From Octopus vulgaris (Eukaryota): DNA of 64,000 nucleotides. The stretch covers positions 25,854,001 to 25,918,000 of the forward strand of contig OX597831.1 in the NCBI GenBank assembly GCA_951406725.2. The letters are read 5' to 3'. Both the position numbers and the translations under genes were made by a program. Of this stretch, positions 49,093 through 62,173 are shown piece after piece (within the stretch, counting starts at the first letter, position 1; every line of letters begins with the position of its first letter). A model generated the notes under the pieces. It saw only the letters and a program-made list of their open reading frames with translations, was not told where the DNA came from and made no database searches.

Positions 49093-51995
49093 TATTCTAC
49101 CTATCGTTAATAGTGAAATGATTTTCTTGTACAGTCTTGACAGTATTTGACATTATTTATCCTTATGAATTATTAGATGGTTGAAAACTGGACTGGCAAA
49201 ACTATAAGTAAGAATATCATGCAAATTATTTCAAGTTGCCACTTGATAATTCTCATGTCACTTACTCTTTTGGCTTTGAAATATTACTAGCTTATTTCAA
49301 ATGTTGCTATTCACAGAGTAACAAATACCAGCTTTTTCACAAACTCAGCTGGACATTCAAAATATACTGTATTTCTCACACAGCAGTCATCTTCTCTGTA
49401 TGTATTGAACTATTTTTGACATTTAACTCACCTGCAGAATACTTTTACCATAAAGTTTTATTACTCTCAGAAGTAGTAAAGCATTGTATAATGTCATGTT
49501 GAAAAGCAAAGCAGATGCTTTATTAGTAAAATAAGGTAGAAAATTTCATGCCAGGTGTCTGGGGTTAACATGCTGCAGGGATTTGACAATGTTATTTGGG
49601 CTGTGTCAACATGCTTCCAGATAAGAGAACTGCTTGATAGCAATCGCTGGCTATGCAATTTTTATCACTAAGAATAGTCAGACAAAATATAACTGCTTGC
49701 TGTTGCTGCAGAATTTGTTTCCTTTAATGAAAATAGGGGGAAAAAAAAAAAAAAAAAGAAAGAAGGGAAAAAGCAAATTCTTACTGCTTGGATGCTAAAT
49801 TCAGCTGAGTAATGACGTTTTGTAATTATGGCTGTTTTGTCTCTTAGAATAGCTTATAATAATTGATATTTTACAGTGCATACACTGCAGGTTTTAATCA
49901 ATGCTTTCTAAATCTCCTACTCACAGGAGAATGCAAGTTAGCAAGGAATCATGTTGTTTCTTTGCTTTTGATTACAGTTAGCATCACCTGTTAACATTCT
50001 CTTCCTTTAAACACTTAGGTTTAAAAACATAAACATTTGCAAATATTTTTACTGTCTTTATCACATGTTAATACTAATTTTTATTGCTCCTCATCTCACG
50101 TTAAAAACAAATATCTCTATAGTGTCTTAAACAAGCCAAAATATTGCACAGTGTCAAGTTTTATGCAAGACATTCCAAACTGAAAGTTGAATATGATTAA
50201 GTAATTTAAACGTTGTCACTCTTCAGCATAATATTACATGTCTGCTGACCTGATGTAGCTCTGTCCTACAAATTAAGGAATATTAAGATATTGATGGTTG
50301 TTTGTTTTTTTTGTATTAAAATTATAACACAGAAGAAACCAGTTACTAGTTTCAGATAATGATTATGTAATTATCTATTTCAGTAATAAATATTTACATC
50401 TTACTTAATTTAATTGTGATCTTTACCTGTCCTTGGCACAGATAAACTCAATTATTTCATGTAAATTATATATCTTCTTCAATAGATTTTTGAATTAGCA
50501 CCCCTTTCAGCACAGCATTGTAAATTATAAGTGTACACTCATTCATATATGTCTATTGTTAAAATTCTTCAGTTTTTCTCAAACAATTAAGTCTCGGTAT
50601 TATATAAAATCATGATATGCTTAGACTTAGCAGGAATATTATATAATTTGCTTCATTTGTACAAAAAATGCATTGATAACAGATTTAGAAAGGAAGAATA
50701 CTAGCAATTAACTTAGAGTAAAATATAAGAAATAGAACATGTTGCTTATCCCACTGTAGGATGCAGAATCTTTAGAATAGATATTCAGAACTAAATCTTT
50801 AATTGTACTCTTAAAATGGACGTATAATGTGTTCTGAATTTGACTTTCCTTTGGCAATACAAACATATCTCTTTTCAAAACTTTATAATTATATTTTGAG
50901 TACAAGTTTCAACGATTTCTGTCAGGAATAATTGTATTTATTTATACTTTTTACATGAAATATATCTGATTAAAATTCAAACCTTCTAAACTCTTCTTAC
51001 TATAAACATCTTCTTAATGTATGTTGAGGAGAAACACTAAACTTACTAAATAATGCAATACATTTAGTAATTTCTCTAAACTTAAAAGTGATTCTTATCT
51101 TATTTAAAATATCCTTATTTGTTTGTCAGCAGATTTGGAAACTATTGTTCCATTTAATCACAATTTGGCATGGAAAGCAATTATTTTCTCTTGGCATAAT
51201 GGATACAAGCAAACAATAGAAATTGTTTATACTTATTTCATAACAACAATGGTTTGAGAAGAATGGTAAAATTTCATAATCACAAGTTTCTGAATAAGTT
51301 TAGAAATCAAGTTCTAATATTGTTAAGGTTTCATATGAACTAGGAAAACTATCAAAATTTGCATGGTAATATTTATTAATGAAGTCGCTCATTTACATTA
51401 CTAATTGATGAAAGAATGATGTAGGTTATTCTGCTACTTAGGTACAGATGCAAAGAACATTATCCAGATTGTTAGATTCACAGAAACTTAAATTTTTTAG
51501 TTAGAATATATTTTCAAAAGCTTGTACCACAACAAAGAGAGCAGTGCAAAAAATTTAACTTATCATCTTCATCATATCTCTAATTTTGGATCTTGTTGAG
51601 AACTAATCACATGTATTCTATCAAAGAGGCTTATAATTCTCTGTTATGACTCAACAACTTCTCGGTTATACATCTATTGTAGATGCTTTCTATTATCAGA
51701 CCACAGTTATTTATTATCCATCTCTCAGCATGTATTACAGTATAGATCAATAGATTTATTTACAATATAAATCTCCTACCTTCCTTGCCTCTTAACACTA
51801 TTATATCACCCATTTCTCTTTCCTTCTTCTCTCTGCTGATGTAAGTAAAGATGTCATATACTCCCTCATTGCCCCACCACCATCATCATCAGCCAGTTTC
51901 TACTATCATACAGTCACCCTCTCTATTCACCCATCTTGTCTCTTCTGTTATCAATTTCTCTACCATTTACCTTGTCTGTACTTTGAGTCAACAAA

Positions 51996-52430
51996 TCTAT
52001 TCTATAAAATCCATTCTGTCTGTCTGTCTGTCTGTCTGTCTGTGTGTCTTCTAGGATCTCGGGCATCCTCCATCCCATTGTGCTCAAATTTGATATATAG
52101 ATACCGACGGTATAAGGGCAGGTATAAGTCTTGAAAAAATTACAAAAACCGATTCCAGGTGAGAATGCGATCGATAAAGTCGTGGGAACGTGCATTTGTA
52201 CGTGCAATAAAATCATTTTTCTTTGGAATAGAAAAAAGTCTATCTTTATTTCTTCTTTTACTGGTGTCTCAAATTTAGGTTAAATCAGTGTTTGCCAAAG
52301 GGGAGGCCTATGGGACGGTCGGACAAGTTGTTTTGAGAAAATTTGGTTTAAATGTATGACAACTCAGCACCGTCCATTGGACGAGGGGTGTTTTGCTCAT
52401 ACACTATAAAGTTGTGAGAGCTCTTAAAAA
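51996..52430 (+). mobile_element. Helitron-like element, 5' portion
   Basis: Begins A|TCTATTCTATAAAA followed by (CTGT)n and CpG-richer sequence, the same layout as the 5' end of 38245-38627. No 3' CTAG or hairpin found, so the right boundary is approximate. Confidence 0.6.
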
Positions 52431-52983
52431 TTTTGAGGTACATGACACCCTCTTTCTGATGAAATGCACACAGTACACTCTAAAGTGGTTGACACTGGGT
52501 AGAGCATTAAGCCAAAGGACACAACTCAAAAGTGAAACTGCAGTAACTCCAAATAAGAATTAATTCCAACTGTGATGACCCGTCCAATTCATGCTAGTAT
52601 GGAAAGCAAATGTAAAAGATGACAATGTTGATATCCATCTATTTATCTGCATTGTAATACATCAACCAATGACTTTGATATTCAATTTGCTTTCTCAACT
52701 CACATGCACTCAGCATCTCATTTTCTCTCTTTGTTTGTTTTTGTTAGTTAGCATCACATAAATCTATAAAAACAAACTAACACCATTCTTCTTCAATTAC
52801 TGTTCATGGACCTTAGTATTCATTGCCCATATTTAATTACTATATATCATTGTGACACATTTGATATTCTTTTGTTTTTAACAAAGTAAAAATAAACAAT
52901 GTAATATAACAATTGTTTCCACAACAAAGAAAGCACATCATTATGATGGTAATGATAAAAAAAAATAAAATGATAATTGATGC

Positions 52984-53190
52984 CGCAGAATCGTTAGAAT
53001 GTCAGACAAAATGCTTTGTGGCAGTTGCTCTAGCTCTTTATGTTCTCGGTTCAGATCTCACCAAGGTCAGCTTTGCTTTTCATCCTTCCAGGGTTGCTGA
53101 AATAAGTAGCAGTCAAATATCAGATCAATATAAATGACAGCTCATTTCCTCAAAAGTTCCTGACCTTATCCCTATGTAAGAAAATTATTA
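52984..53190 (+). mobile_element. Degraded family B SINE
   Basis: GCAGAATCGTTAG...GGTTCAGATCTC...CTTTGCTTTTCATCCTTCCAGGGT. Confidence 0.75.
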
Positions 53191-54229
53191 TCATCATCAT
53201 CATCATTACTATTGGACAGATCTTGCTGTCAGATGAATCCATCATTAGAATCATCTCATTGCCTTCCTTCGACTGAAGAAGGCCAGTAGTTTTTGTCTCT
53301 GTTAAATGACAATGGCAAAAGAGAATGTACAGTGAACAAAAATTACACATTTCTCTTTGGCTAAATGTTCCTCTTAGATAGAAAGTTGAAAGTGGAGAGG
53401 AAGGTATGGATGCTCTCTCCAGGGAATTTGCTAGAAAAAAATAGACGAGAACGGCTCTCCTGAATGGGTCTCCTTTCAGCATGCAACCTATAGGAGTAAA
53501 CTCAATTGAGGGCATTTGCTTTTGATAGTCAGGGTCACCCTTGATCTGTGGAGTTATTTGATTAGCTCAAGTGGCTGCCCCCACCCAACCAGGACATTTT
53601 TTTTTATTCCCTCTCTATTAACTTTTGTATTCCATTCCTATGTTTTCATAATCAATTCTGCATAAAAGTCCACAATTTTTGTATATTTTTCTTTCTAATA
53701 TCCTTCCACAAATCACCTTTCTGGCAAATAAAACAAATCATCATTATTTTGATTATTATTATTATTATCATTATCATCATCCTCATCATTATTATTATTA
53801 TCATTATTGTTATTGTTATTATCATAGATATGTAGAAACCAAAAGCATTAAAGTACTTTACTGAGTGCTTTACTGTTTGTAGTCTTTAACCTCACAGTTC
53901 AGTTTAGCTGTACACACACTGACTGTCAATGAAATACTGGAATCTCATTAATTGATAATAACCACCTTTGTACTCAGAGAAAAAAGAAATTATGGCTATT
54001 ATTGTTATTGTTATTTAGCACTGGAATTGTAACACCGGTAGATCCTCAGACTAAATGCCTAGCTTTATTTTGTTTCATGCATTATAGGTCATGATTCAAA
54101 ACCATCCAACAACTAACCTCATTAAAATGAATACCAGTAATGTAAGAAAGTTAAAGTAGTTGACTGTACTATTTCCTCTAACGAAACATATTCTTGTCAA
54201 GAGAAAATTTTATTATTATTGTTGTAATA

Positions 54230-54444
54230 AGGCAGTGAGCTGGCAGAATCATTAGCATGGCAGGTGAAATGCTTAGCAGTATTTTGTTCATCAGCATGAT
54301 GTAGCAGCATCATGAGTTCAAATACTGCCACAGTCGATTTTGCCTTTCATCTTTTCAGGGTCGATAAATTAAGTACCTATTGGGAATGTAATCAACTCAA
54401 CCCCTCCCTCAAAAATTTCAGGCCTTGTACTTACAGTAGAAAGG

Positions 54445-54506
<62 letters not shown>

Positions 54507-54722
54507 GGCGGTGAGCTGGCAGAATTATTAGCATGCAGGGCAAAATACTTAGCAGCATATCGTCCATCTTTACATTTTAAGTTCAAATTCCATGGAGGTT
54601 CACTTTGCCTTTCATCCTTTAGGGGTCAATAAAATAAGCACCAGCTGAGCACTGGCATCAGTGTAATCAACATAGCCCCTCCCCCCAAATTTCATGCTTT
54701 GTGCCTTTAGTAGAAAGGATCA
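54230..54722 (+). mobile_element. Two tandem family B SINEs (54230-54445, 54505-54722) separated by (TAT)n
   Basis: Each has GTGAGCTGGCAGAAT, GTTCAAAT, the central domain and a tail ending AGTAGAAAGGAT. Confidence 0.9.
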
Positions 54723-56131
54723 TTATTATGATCATTATTTCCGCTACTACTACATTATTTAGGTTATTATTGTCGAAATCTGCAAATAAATAACATTGTT
54801 TATAAAAGTATTCTACTGAATGCTGAATATTATTTTATCATTTAGAAATGCTTAGAAGAATTGCTTTAATTATACTTTTAGCAGAATAAGGTATCTGTCA
54901 AAAGATACCTGATATCTAAATGTGTTCCTCTATTTATAGCAATTTCTTATGACATATTCATGTGAGCAGTTATGAAGTTGTATAGTGTTGTATAAAAATT
55001 AAATGAGTATCAGAAATATTTGTTCATTTTTGTGTCTTTTATTAGTAGTCACTGAATCTACCTTCTCCAAACAAGCATGCGAGCATTCAAAATTCAGTTG
55101 GAAATGATGCATTTATATAGTATTAAATGCAGTGATTATAGTATGTATTTTAAGTACAATTTGTATCGTGGTGATTTTCTTTTGCATATTTTTTATTGCT
55201 GAATTTGTGGATTGAAAAAGTGAAATGAATGCTATTAATGCATTTCAGTTTTTCCTTCACACTTAACACTAATTAGGTCACATGTAACCAAATACATCTA
55301 CTACTTCCTATCAATCGATGGTCTTCTTCGAATCTTGGCTGTTCACAAAAATGTGCTTGTCACTCTCGTGTTGCTAATTCCATGTCAATTTACCTGAAAT
55401 ACTACTAGTGCTCTTTTTATCACCATTGATTACCCTGGCTACTAATACAGAGTTCAAACTTAGATCATTCTTTCAGACTTCCTGATATTATTAAGTCAGC
55501 AATGTCTAATATTCATTGTTTAAATAATGAGTGTCTGAATTATTTTGCACAGAAAGATCAAGTAAATGCTGAATATTATTTAACGTAAGGTTTCATCTGC
55601 CAGTGAACATACCACTTGCTTTGATTTGATGTAAACCCTTTAAGAAAACATGCTTCCCATAAATCATTTTTCTCATTGACAACTTTATAATGTGGTACTT
55701 AATTCTGTCAAAACTTGTCTGTCTTAGCTAATTAGTTTTTTTGCTAAGTACTTTTCATGCAATTGTCACATTAAGAATATCCTTTTAATTTTCAATTATT
55801 CTCATTTGCTATATTATCAGACCCTTTTCTACCACTCCTTAATGAAGTGTTGTCACTGGAAGGTATAGCAGTTTATTCTATAATCTTCTTAGCAAAGCAA
55901 ACGAGGGCTATTACACCTACCGAAAGTATTCGTTTGAACTTCGTTATAATTGCCATAAAGTATCCTGCAGAGCATTCTCGATTCATACCCTTAAAGATTA
56001 GAATTTTTCATGTGAAATGAGTTGGTAGGTTGTTGCTGTTCTTCGAGATAGGCTGGAGGTTCACATTTTACTCATAATTTTCAATGTCGGTTTGGTTTCT
56101 GTTGCTGGGTACCTTTCTTAACACCAGCATA

Positions 56132-56363
56132 TATTTCTTTATTGCCCACAAGAGGCTAAACACAGAGAGGACAAACAAAGACAGCCAAAGGGATTAATTC
56201 GATTATATCGACCCCAGTGCGTAACTGGTACTTAATTTATCGACCCCGAAAAGGATGAAAGGCAAAGTCGACCTCGGCGAAATTTGAACTCAGAACGTAA
56301 CGGCAGACGAAATACTACTAAGCATTTTGCCCGGCGTGCTAACGTTTCTGCCAGCTCGCTGCC
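56132..56363 (-). mobile_element. Family B SINE (tail type 1)
   Basis: Collinear with 15139-15368; TSD TTAACACCA(G/A)CATA at 56118 and 56364. Confidence 0.93.
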
Positions 56364-56454
56364 TTAACACCAACATAGTGAACTCAGTACATTTTATCAT
56401 GACACCAGAGAAGATGCATAAAGAGGATATATAAAGTCAGCAATATAGACACTT

Positions 56455-56841
56455 GAGTGGCTGTGTGGTAAGTAGCTTGCTTACAAACCACATAGTTCCA
56501 GGTTCAGTCCTGCTGTATGGCACCTTGGGCAAGTGTCTTCTACTATAGCCTCGGGCCGACCAAAGCCTTATGAGTGGAGTTGGTAGACGGAAACAGAAAG
56601 AAGCCCGTTGTATATATATGTATATATATACATATATGTGTGTTTGTCCCCCCGCACCATTGCTTGACAGCCGATGCGGGTGTGTTTATGTCCCCCATAA
56701 CTTAGCAGTTCAGCAAAAGAGACTGATAGAATAAGTACTAGGCTTACAAAGAATAAGTCCTGGGGTCGATTTGCTCAACTAAAGGTGGTGCTCCAGCATG
56801 GCTGCAGTCAAATGACTGAAACAAGTAAAAGAGTAAGAGTA
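56455..56841 (+). mobile_element. Family A SINE
   Basis: Collinear with 2646-3049. Confidence 0.93.
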
Positions 56842-58106
56842 TAAACAAACATGCTTTTTGTACCAAAAGTCCATGTGAGGTTTCTTCTCATGGTGTCTAC
56901 CATTCTAAAGTTTTTTTCCAACAAAACATCCACATTTAACTCAGAATAAATATTACTTCTCAGTATTAATGCTGCCTCCATCACTTATATATATGAGAGA
57001 GAGGATAGGAATGAGAGAATTGAGAGAGTAGTGAATAGCAAGAGGTGAATAAATGTTGGGAGCAGAGGATAGATTTCATATCGAATGGCCAGAATGGGAG
57101 CATAAGCAGAGTGTGAGGACGGGGTTAGAGGCAGATTTGATGATGTCCCTAATACATATGCTTCAGGTGGGTGAAAGAATAAGTCAGAAAGGGAAGTGTA
57201 AAGTGTTGGACAATGAGTCAGATAAGAGATGTGGTATCCCTAATCATGCTGGAAACCATGAACTGTTGAATTCCACTGCAATCCTTAGTGATACTGGCAG
57301 CATAGTGCAAGGCGAATGATTGACAGATGAGCAATAGAGTTATGAGTGATGAAGACATGGGTGATGGAAGCATGATGGCAGAGGCATGTGTGACAGACAA
57401 ATGAGTGATAGAGAGATGCGAGGTTACCAAAGTGGGTAATGATATAGTTTACATTAGATGCACTTATTTGTGTGTGTGTATTTATATATACACACTGATA
57501 CACACACACCTATGCATACATATACATACATATGCATAAGTATATACATGCACCAATATATATATATATATACACACATACAGTTATATATATGTATGTA
57601 TATATGTTCACATACATGTATGAACACATACCTATGCATAATGATACACATTTAAATACATGCAGCCATGTACACACACATACAAAGTCAATAATATATA
57701 ATTTATTGTCAACATATTTACATATTTATTTATCTATTCCTCTTAATTAAAATTATTTATCAAGTATTACCAAGTTATATTTTTTTTTTATTTTGCTTTT
57801 TTTTTATCCTTGTTTATTGGAACTAAATGTCATTGTAATTTACACCCATATTCTTGTATGCAAAACTTTCACCATCGAAAATTTTTGAAACATATCTACT
57901 CACTCTTTTGCTTTATAATTTGCTGACATGAATAAAATCTAATGGACTCAAAATTAATAATAAATTCATTCATTCTTCTCTGTATTGTAGCCATATTAAA
58001 ATATTATTCCACATTATTTATTGTGTGAAGAGATTTCCTGTTTCTTGTCAGCATACCACAACAAAACTCATGAGATATTTCTATAAGTAGTTATTTATTT
58101 ATAAAC

Positions 58107-58517
58107 TCTTTTACTCTTTTACTTGTTTCAGTCATTTGACTGTGGCCATGCTGGAGCACCGCCTTTAGTCGAGCAAATCGACCCCGGGACTTATTCTTTG
58201 TAAGTCCAGTACTTATTCTATTGGTCTCTTTTGCCGAACCGCTAAGTGACGGGGACGTAAACACACCAGCATCGGTTGTCAAGCAATGCTAGGGGGACAA
58301 ACACAGACACACAAACATATACACACACACACTTATATATATATACATATATACGACAGGCTTCTTTCAGTTTCCGTCTACCAAATCCACTCACAAGGCA
58401 TTGGTCGGCCCGGGGCTATAGCAGAAGACACTTGCCCAAGATGCCACGCAGTGGGACTGAACCCAGAACCATGTGGTTGGTTAGCAAGCTACTTACCACA
58501 CAGCCACTCCTGTGCCT
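58107..58517 (-). mobile_element. Family A SINE, young copy
   Basis: Full-length reverse complement of family A. Confidence 0.93.
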
Positions 58518-59424
58518 AAAATATATAAATACTATATAGCTCACTTTTAATTTCCTCTCATCTCAAGCATTGGAGGAAAAGTGCATTAACAGCTCCTGAA
58601 CCACTGCACCTGATAGCATTTACTCTCAGTTGAAAACAAAACAGTTCTGAGTTGTGTTTTGCAAATACACTCATTGCATACAATAAATTAGTGTGTACAA
58701 TGTTTGGTGGAATGTAAAGAAAAATAAAAGCAAGCATATGACAACATTATTTGACTAACACATATGGAACTAACTTAATTAAAAGTTTGAAATTACTTTT
58801 TTGTTTGTAATTCCAATTTATTAATTAGCCTTTGTCCTTATTCTATAATTGATTTGGGGTATGTACTGTTATATCATTGCCGCATTTCCCAAATTAAGAA
58901 ATCTTGAAATGCGTATTTATAGATAATTCATGACTAGGTAATGTCAGTATGACATGTTTAACACAGCAGGAACATTATATTGATTAATTAAAGCCCCTAT
59001 GAATTTTCAGCATTCTCTTTATATAACATTAAGGAGTATATCCATTTGAATAACTAGCGATCTTCATCTTGTAATTTGAATAACCAATATGGACAGAGGT
59101 AGTAATGGCTGTAGCTTCCTAAAATAGCACAAAACACCTAAAAATAAACATAATCTGGATTATTCTTTCGATCAATAATGCATGAATGCAGATGTCATTC
59201 TTGTTACTGAAATGGATTGCATATGTCAGGTTGTATTCCTGACTACTATTTAAAAAAAAGGAACAAATGTAATCTATTCGAAGTAAACCATGATAGAATC
59301 TGCTATGAAATTTAATAATCAAAAATATAAATTACTTACAGAATACATTCATAATTCCAAAGAAAAAACATTATTAATGATTTCTTATGTTTAGGTACAA
59401 GACTTCTTGTCTTCCTTTTTCCTT

Positions 59425-59756
<332 letters not shown>

Positions 59757-59910
59757 CATCATCATCATCATCATCATCGTTTAGCGCCCGCTTTCCATGC
59801 TAGCATGGGTTGGACGGGTCAACTAGGGTCTGTGAAGCTGGAAGGCTTCGTCAGGCCCAGTCAGATCTGGCAGTGTTTCTACGGCTGGATGCCCTTCCTA
59901 ACGCCAACCA
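59757..59910 (-). mobile_element. Family D LINE 3' end inside a TA tract
   Basis: (CAT)n tail and shared 3' block, with (TA)n on both sides. Confidence 0.9.
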
Positions 59911-62140
59911 TATATATATATATATATATAGATATAGATATATATGTATGTACGTATGTATCAGTATGCTGTTATTACTGTCAAGCCCAATAGAATTTGG
60001 ACTCAGAAACAAAGGGTCTCAATGTTGCAGTTTGAACTACTTTACCCCTGTTGTAATAAAAAAAATATCACTCCTGGTAGAATTTGAACTCAGGAGCAAA
60101 AGTCTTAATGCTGCAGTTTAAACTACTTCAAACTTATCGATCTGTTGTCAGATCTAATTATTAGTATGTCCACCAACTTCCCTGGTTACACATCCAGCGG
60201 CTAACAATGATTTGTTTGATTTTGTTTTATTTTTCTAAAAAGTAAACCCAGGAATGTGCGAATAAAAGTATTCTTTGTGACATCCTGCCAAGCAGCATTG
60301 TAATATGTTGCTAATGACTCCCTTCTTCAGTTCATCTGTTATATTGCATGGCCGTACACTGAAAGTTTAATTCACTTCTGGATGATTAATTATCTACTCA
60401 CTCATGTTTAATGTCGATCTTTAATTCACAAATGTTACAACAATGTTTTTCTTGTTTCGTCCCACTTGTTTACTGTGTCCCGAGAAATTCTTACTACAAC
60501 ACTATCTTGTCATGTAATAAGGCAATCATAATGTTTTATCTATACTATTCTTGTTGTTTGGTAAGCTCCTTTTGTTTATTCTATTTTATACTTCATTTTT
60601 TTAATAAATCTAAAATCCTGTATTTATACATCTGAACAAACTAATTTCTTAGTTTTGAATATTTTCGTAAGGAATAACTTTGGCTCTATGTTTAAGATTG
60701 TGGTCTACTATCTGTGAAATCATTTACATCTTGATACAAGAAATTACATTCTAAATCCTTTATTCTGCCTAACTGAAATGAGTGTAATTTTTTTAAGATG
60801 CTGTGATTAACATTTAGAACTATTCTCCATAATTCAAATATAAACAAATTCATTTAACCATTTAACCATTCTGGCATTAAAAATGGTTTTAAAACTGTAA
60901 TAAATTATTGAATTTCTTCGTTTTTCCTGATCTCATTAAGATTACCAAACATTGTCATATACACAATTGGTGTTTTGATTAGATTTGAAAGATATGCTCA
61001 TCCAGTTTTAACATTTATTTTTCCTGCATTATAATAAACGACATTCTTCCTAATCTTATGTTATCATATCTGAAAGCCTCAACAGCTTAAGAATACAATT
61101 TCATGATGTCTTCCCATATCTCTCATTATCTCCGATGAGTACAATCCACTTTCAGTTTAATCCTGCACAAATTGGCTAATGCTTTTCATGTAAGATAGCT
61201 TTCCCCATTCCAATACATCATATTTGACCCATTTCTCTCCAGTCTCCACAAATCTTTCTTTGACATACAATACTTATGTCTTACTGTTATGCATCACTGC
61301 ATTCCTGTAAATATTTCATATTGTCCACCTATTAGACACACAGGGAAATCCTTTGTTATCAACATTGGTAACAACTTGCTAAGTTTATTCCATGCATTTT
61401 AAAGTCTAGCACCCACATTTGCCTAACAGTGCCTCAGACACTTAATATGACACCAAAGTGAAGGGATCCTCTATTTATGTTATTGTTTGACTTGCTATTA
61501 ATAACAGTCAAATTCCTCTAAAATTACACCCTACAATCTTAAAAGGAAAAGGACACATTAGATAATATACACTTTATCCAAACAATGAAGGTCATGGTTA
61601 AAATGCCCGTGACAACTGGTCTATTTTTCCAGACCGACCTGGACCTATTTACACAAGAATGTTTTTGTTTTTATATATTGAACAAGATTTATTAATAGAA
61701 ATGTTGAAAATTTTTTTGTTCAATCTCTGAGTCCAATGATCCTGAGTTTGATTTAGATAGCCAGTTTCATCGAAGAAATTTCCTTTAATACATTTTTACT
61801 AGGGAAGAATTGCTATAATTGAACTAAATTTTACAAAATCACGTTCTCTAATTTATTTTGTGTATTCTTACATTTTGTGTAATGCAGTAGGGGGTAATCA
61901 TACAACAAATAGGAAGTGAGCGGCAATAGCAAATTTAAAATGGATCTGTTTAGCACTCTCTATTTCTGTCTATCTTTCACTCATACAGTCAAACACACAT
62001 ACACATATCATGTGTTTATATGTGTGGGGGGGTCCAAAAAACATAAAAAAGCAATCAGTAGAAGCAACAGCTGACCTTAACAAAAATACAGATAAACTAA
62101 ATTCCTTCCAAAGTTACCTTTCTGTTCACTCTCTCACCCA

Positions 62141-62173
<33 letters not shown>

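Noticed and set aside
53150-53515. 121-aa minus-strand ORF as a CDS
   Set aside because: No motif; its 3' part reads through a (GAT)n tract and a SINE tail.
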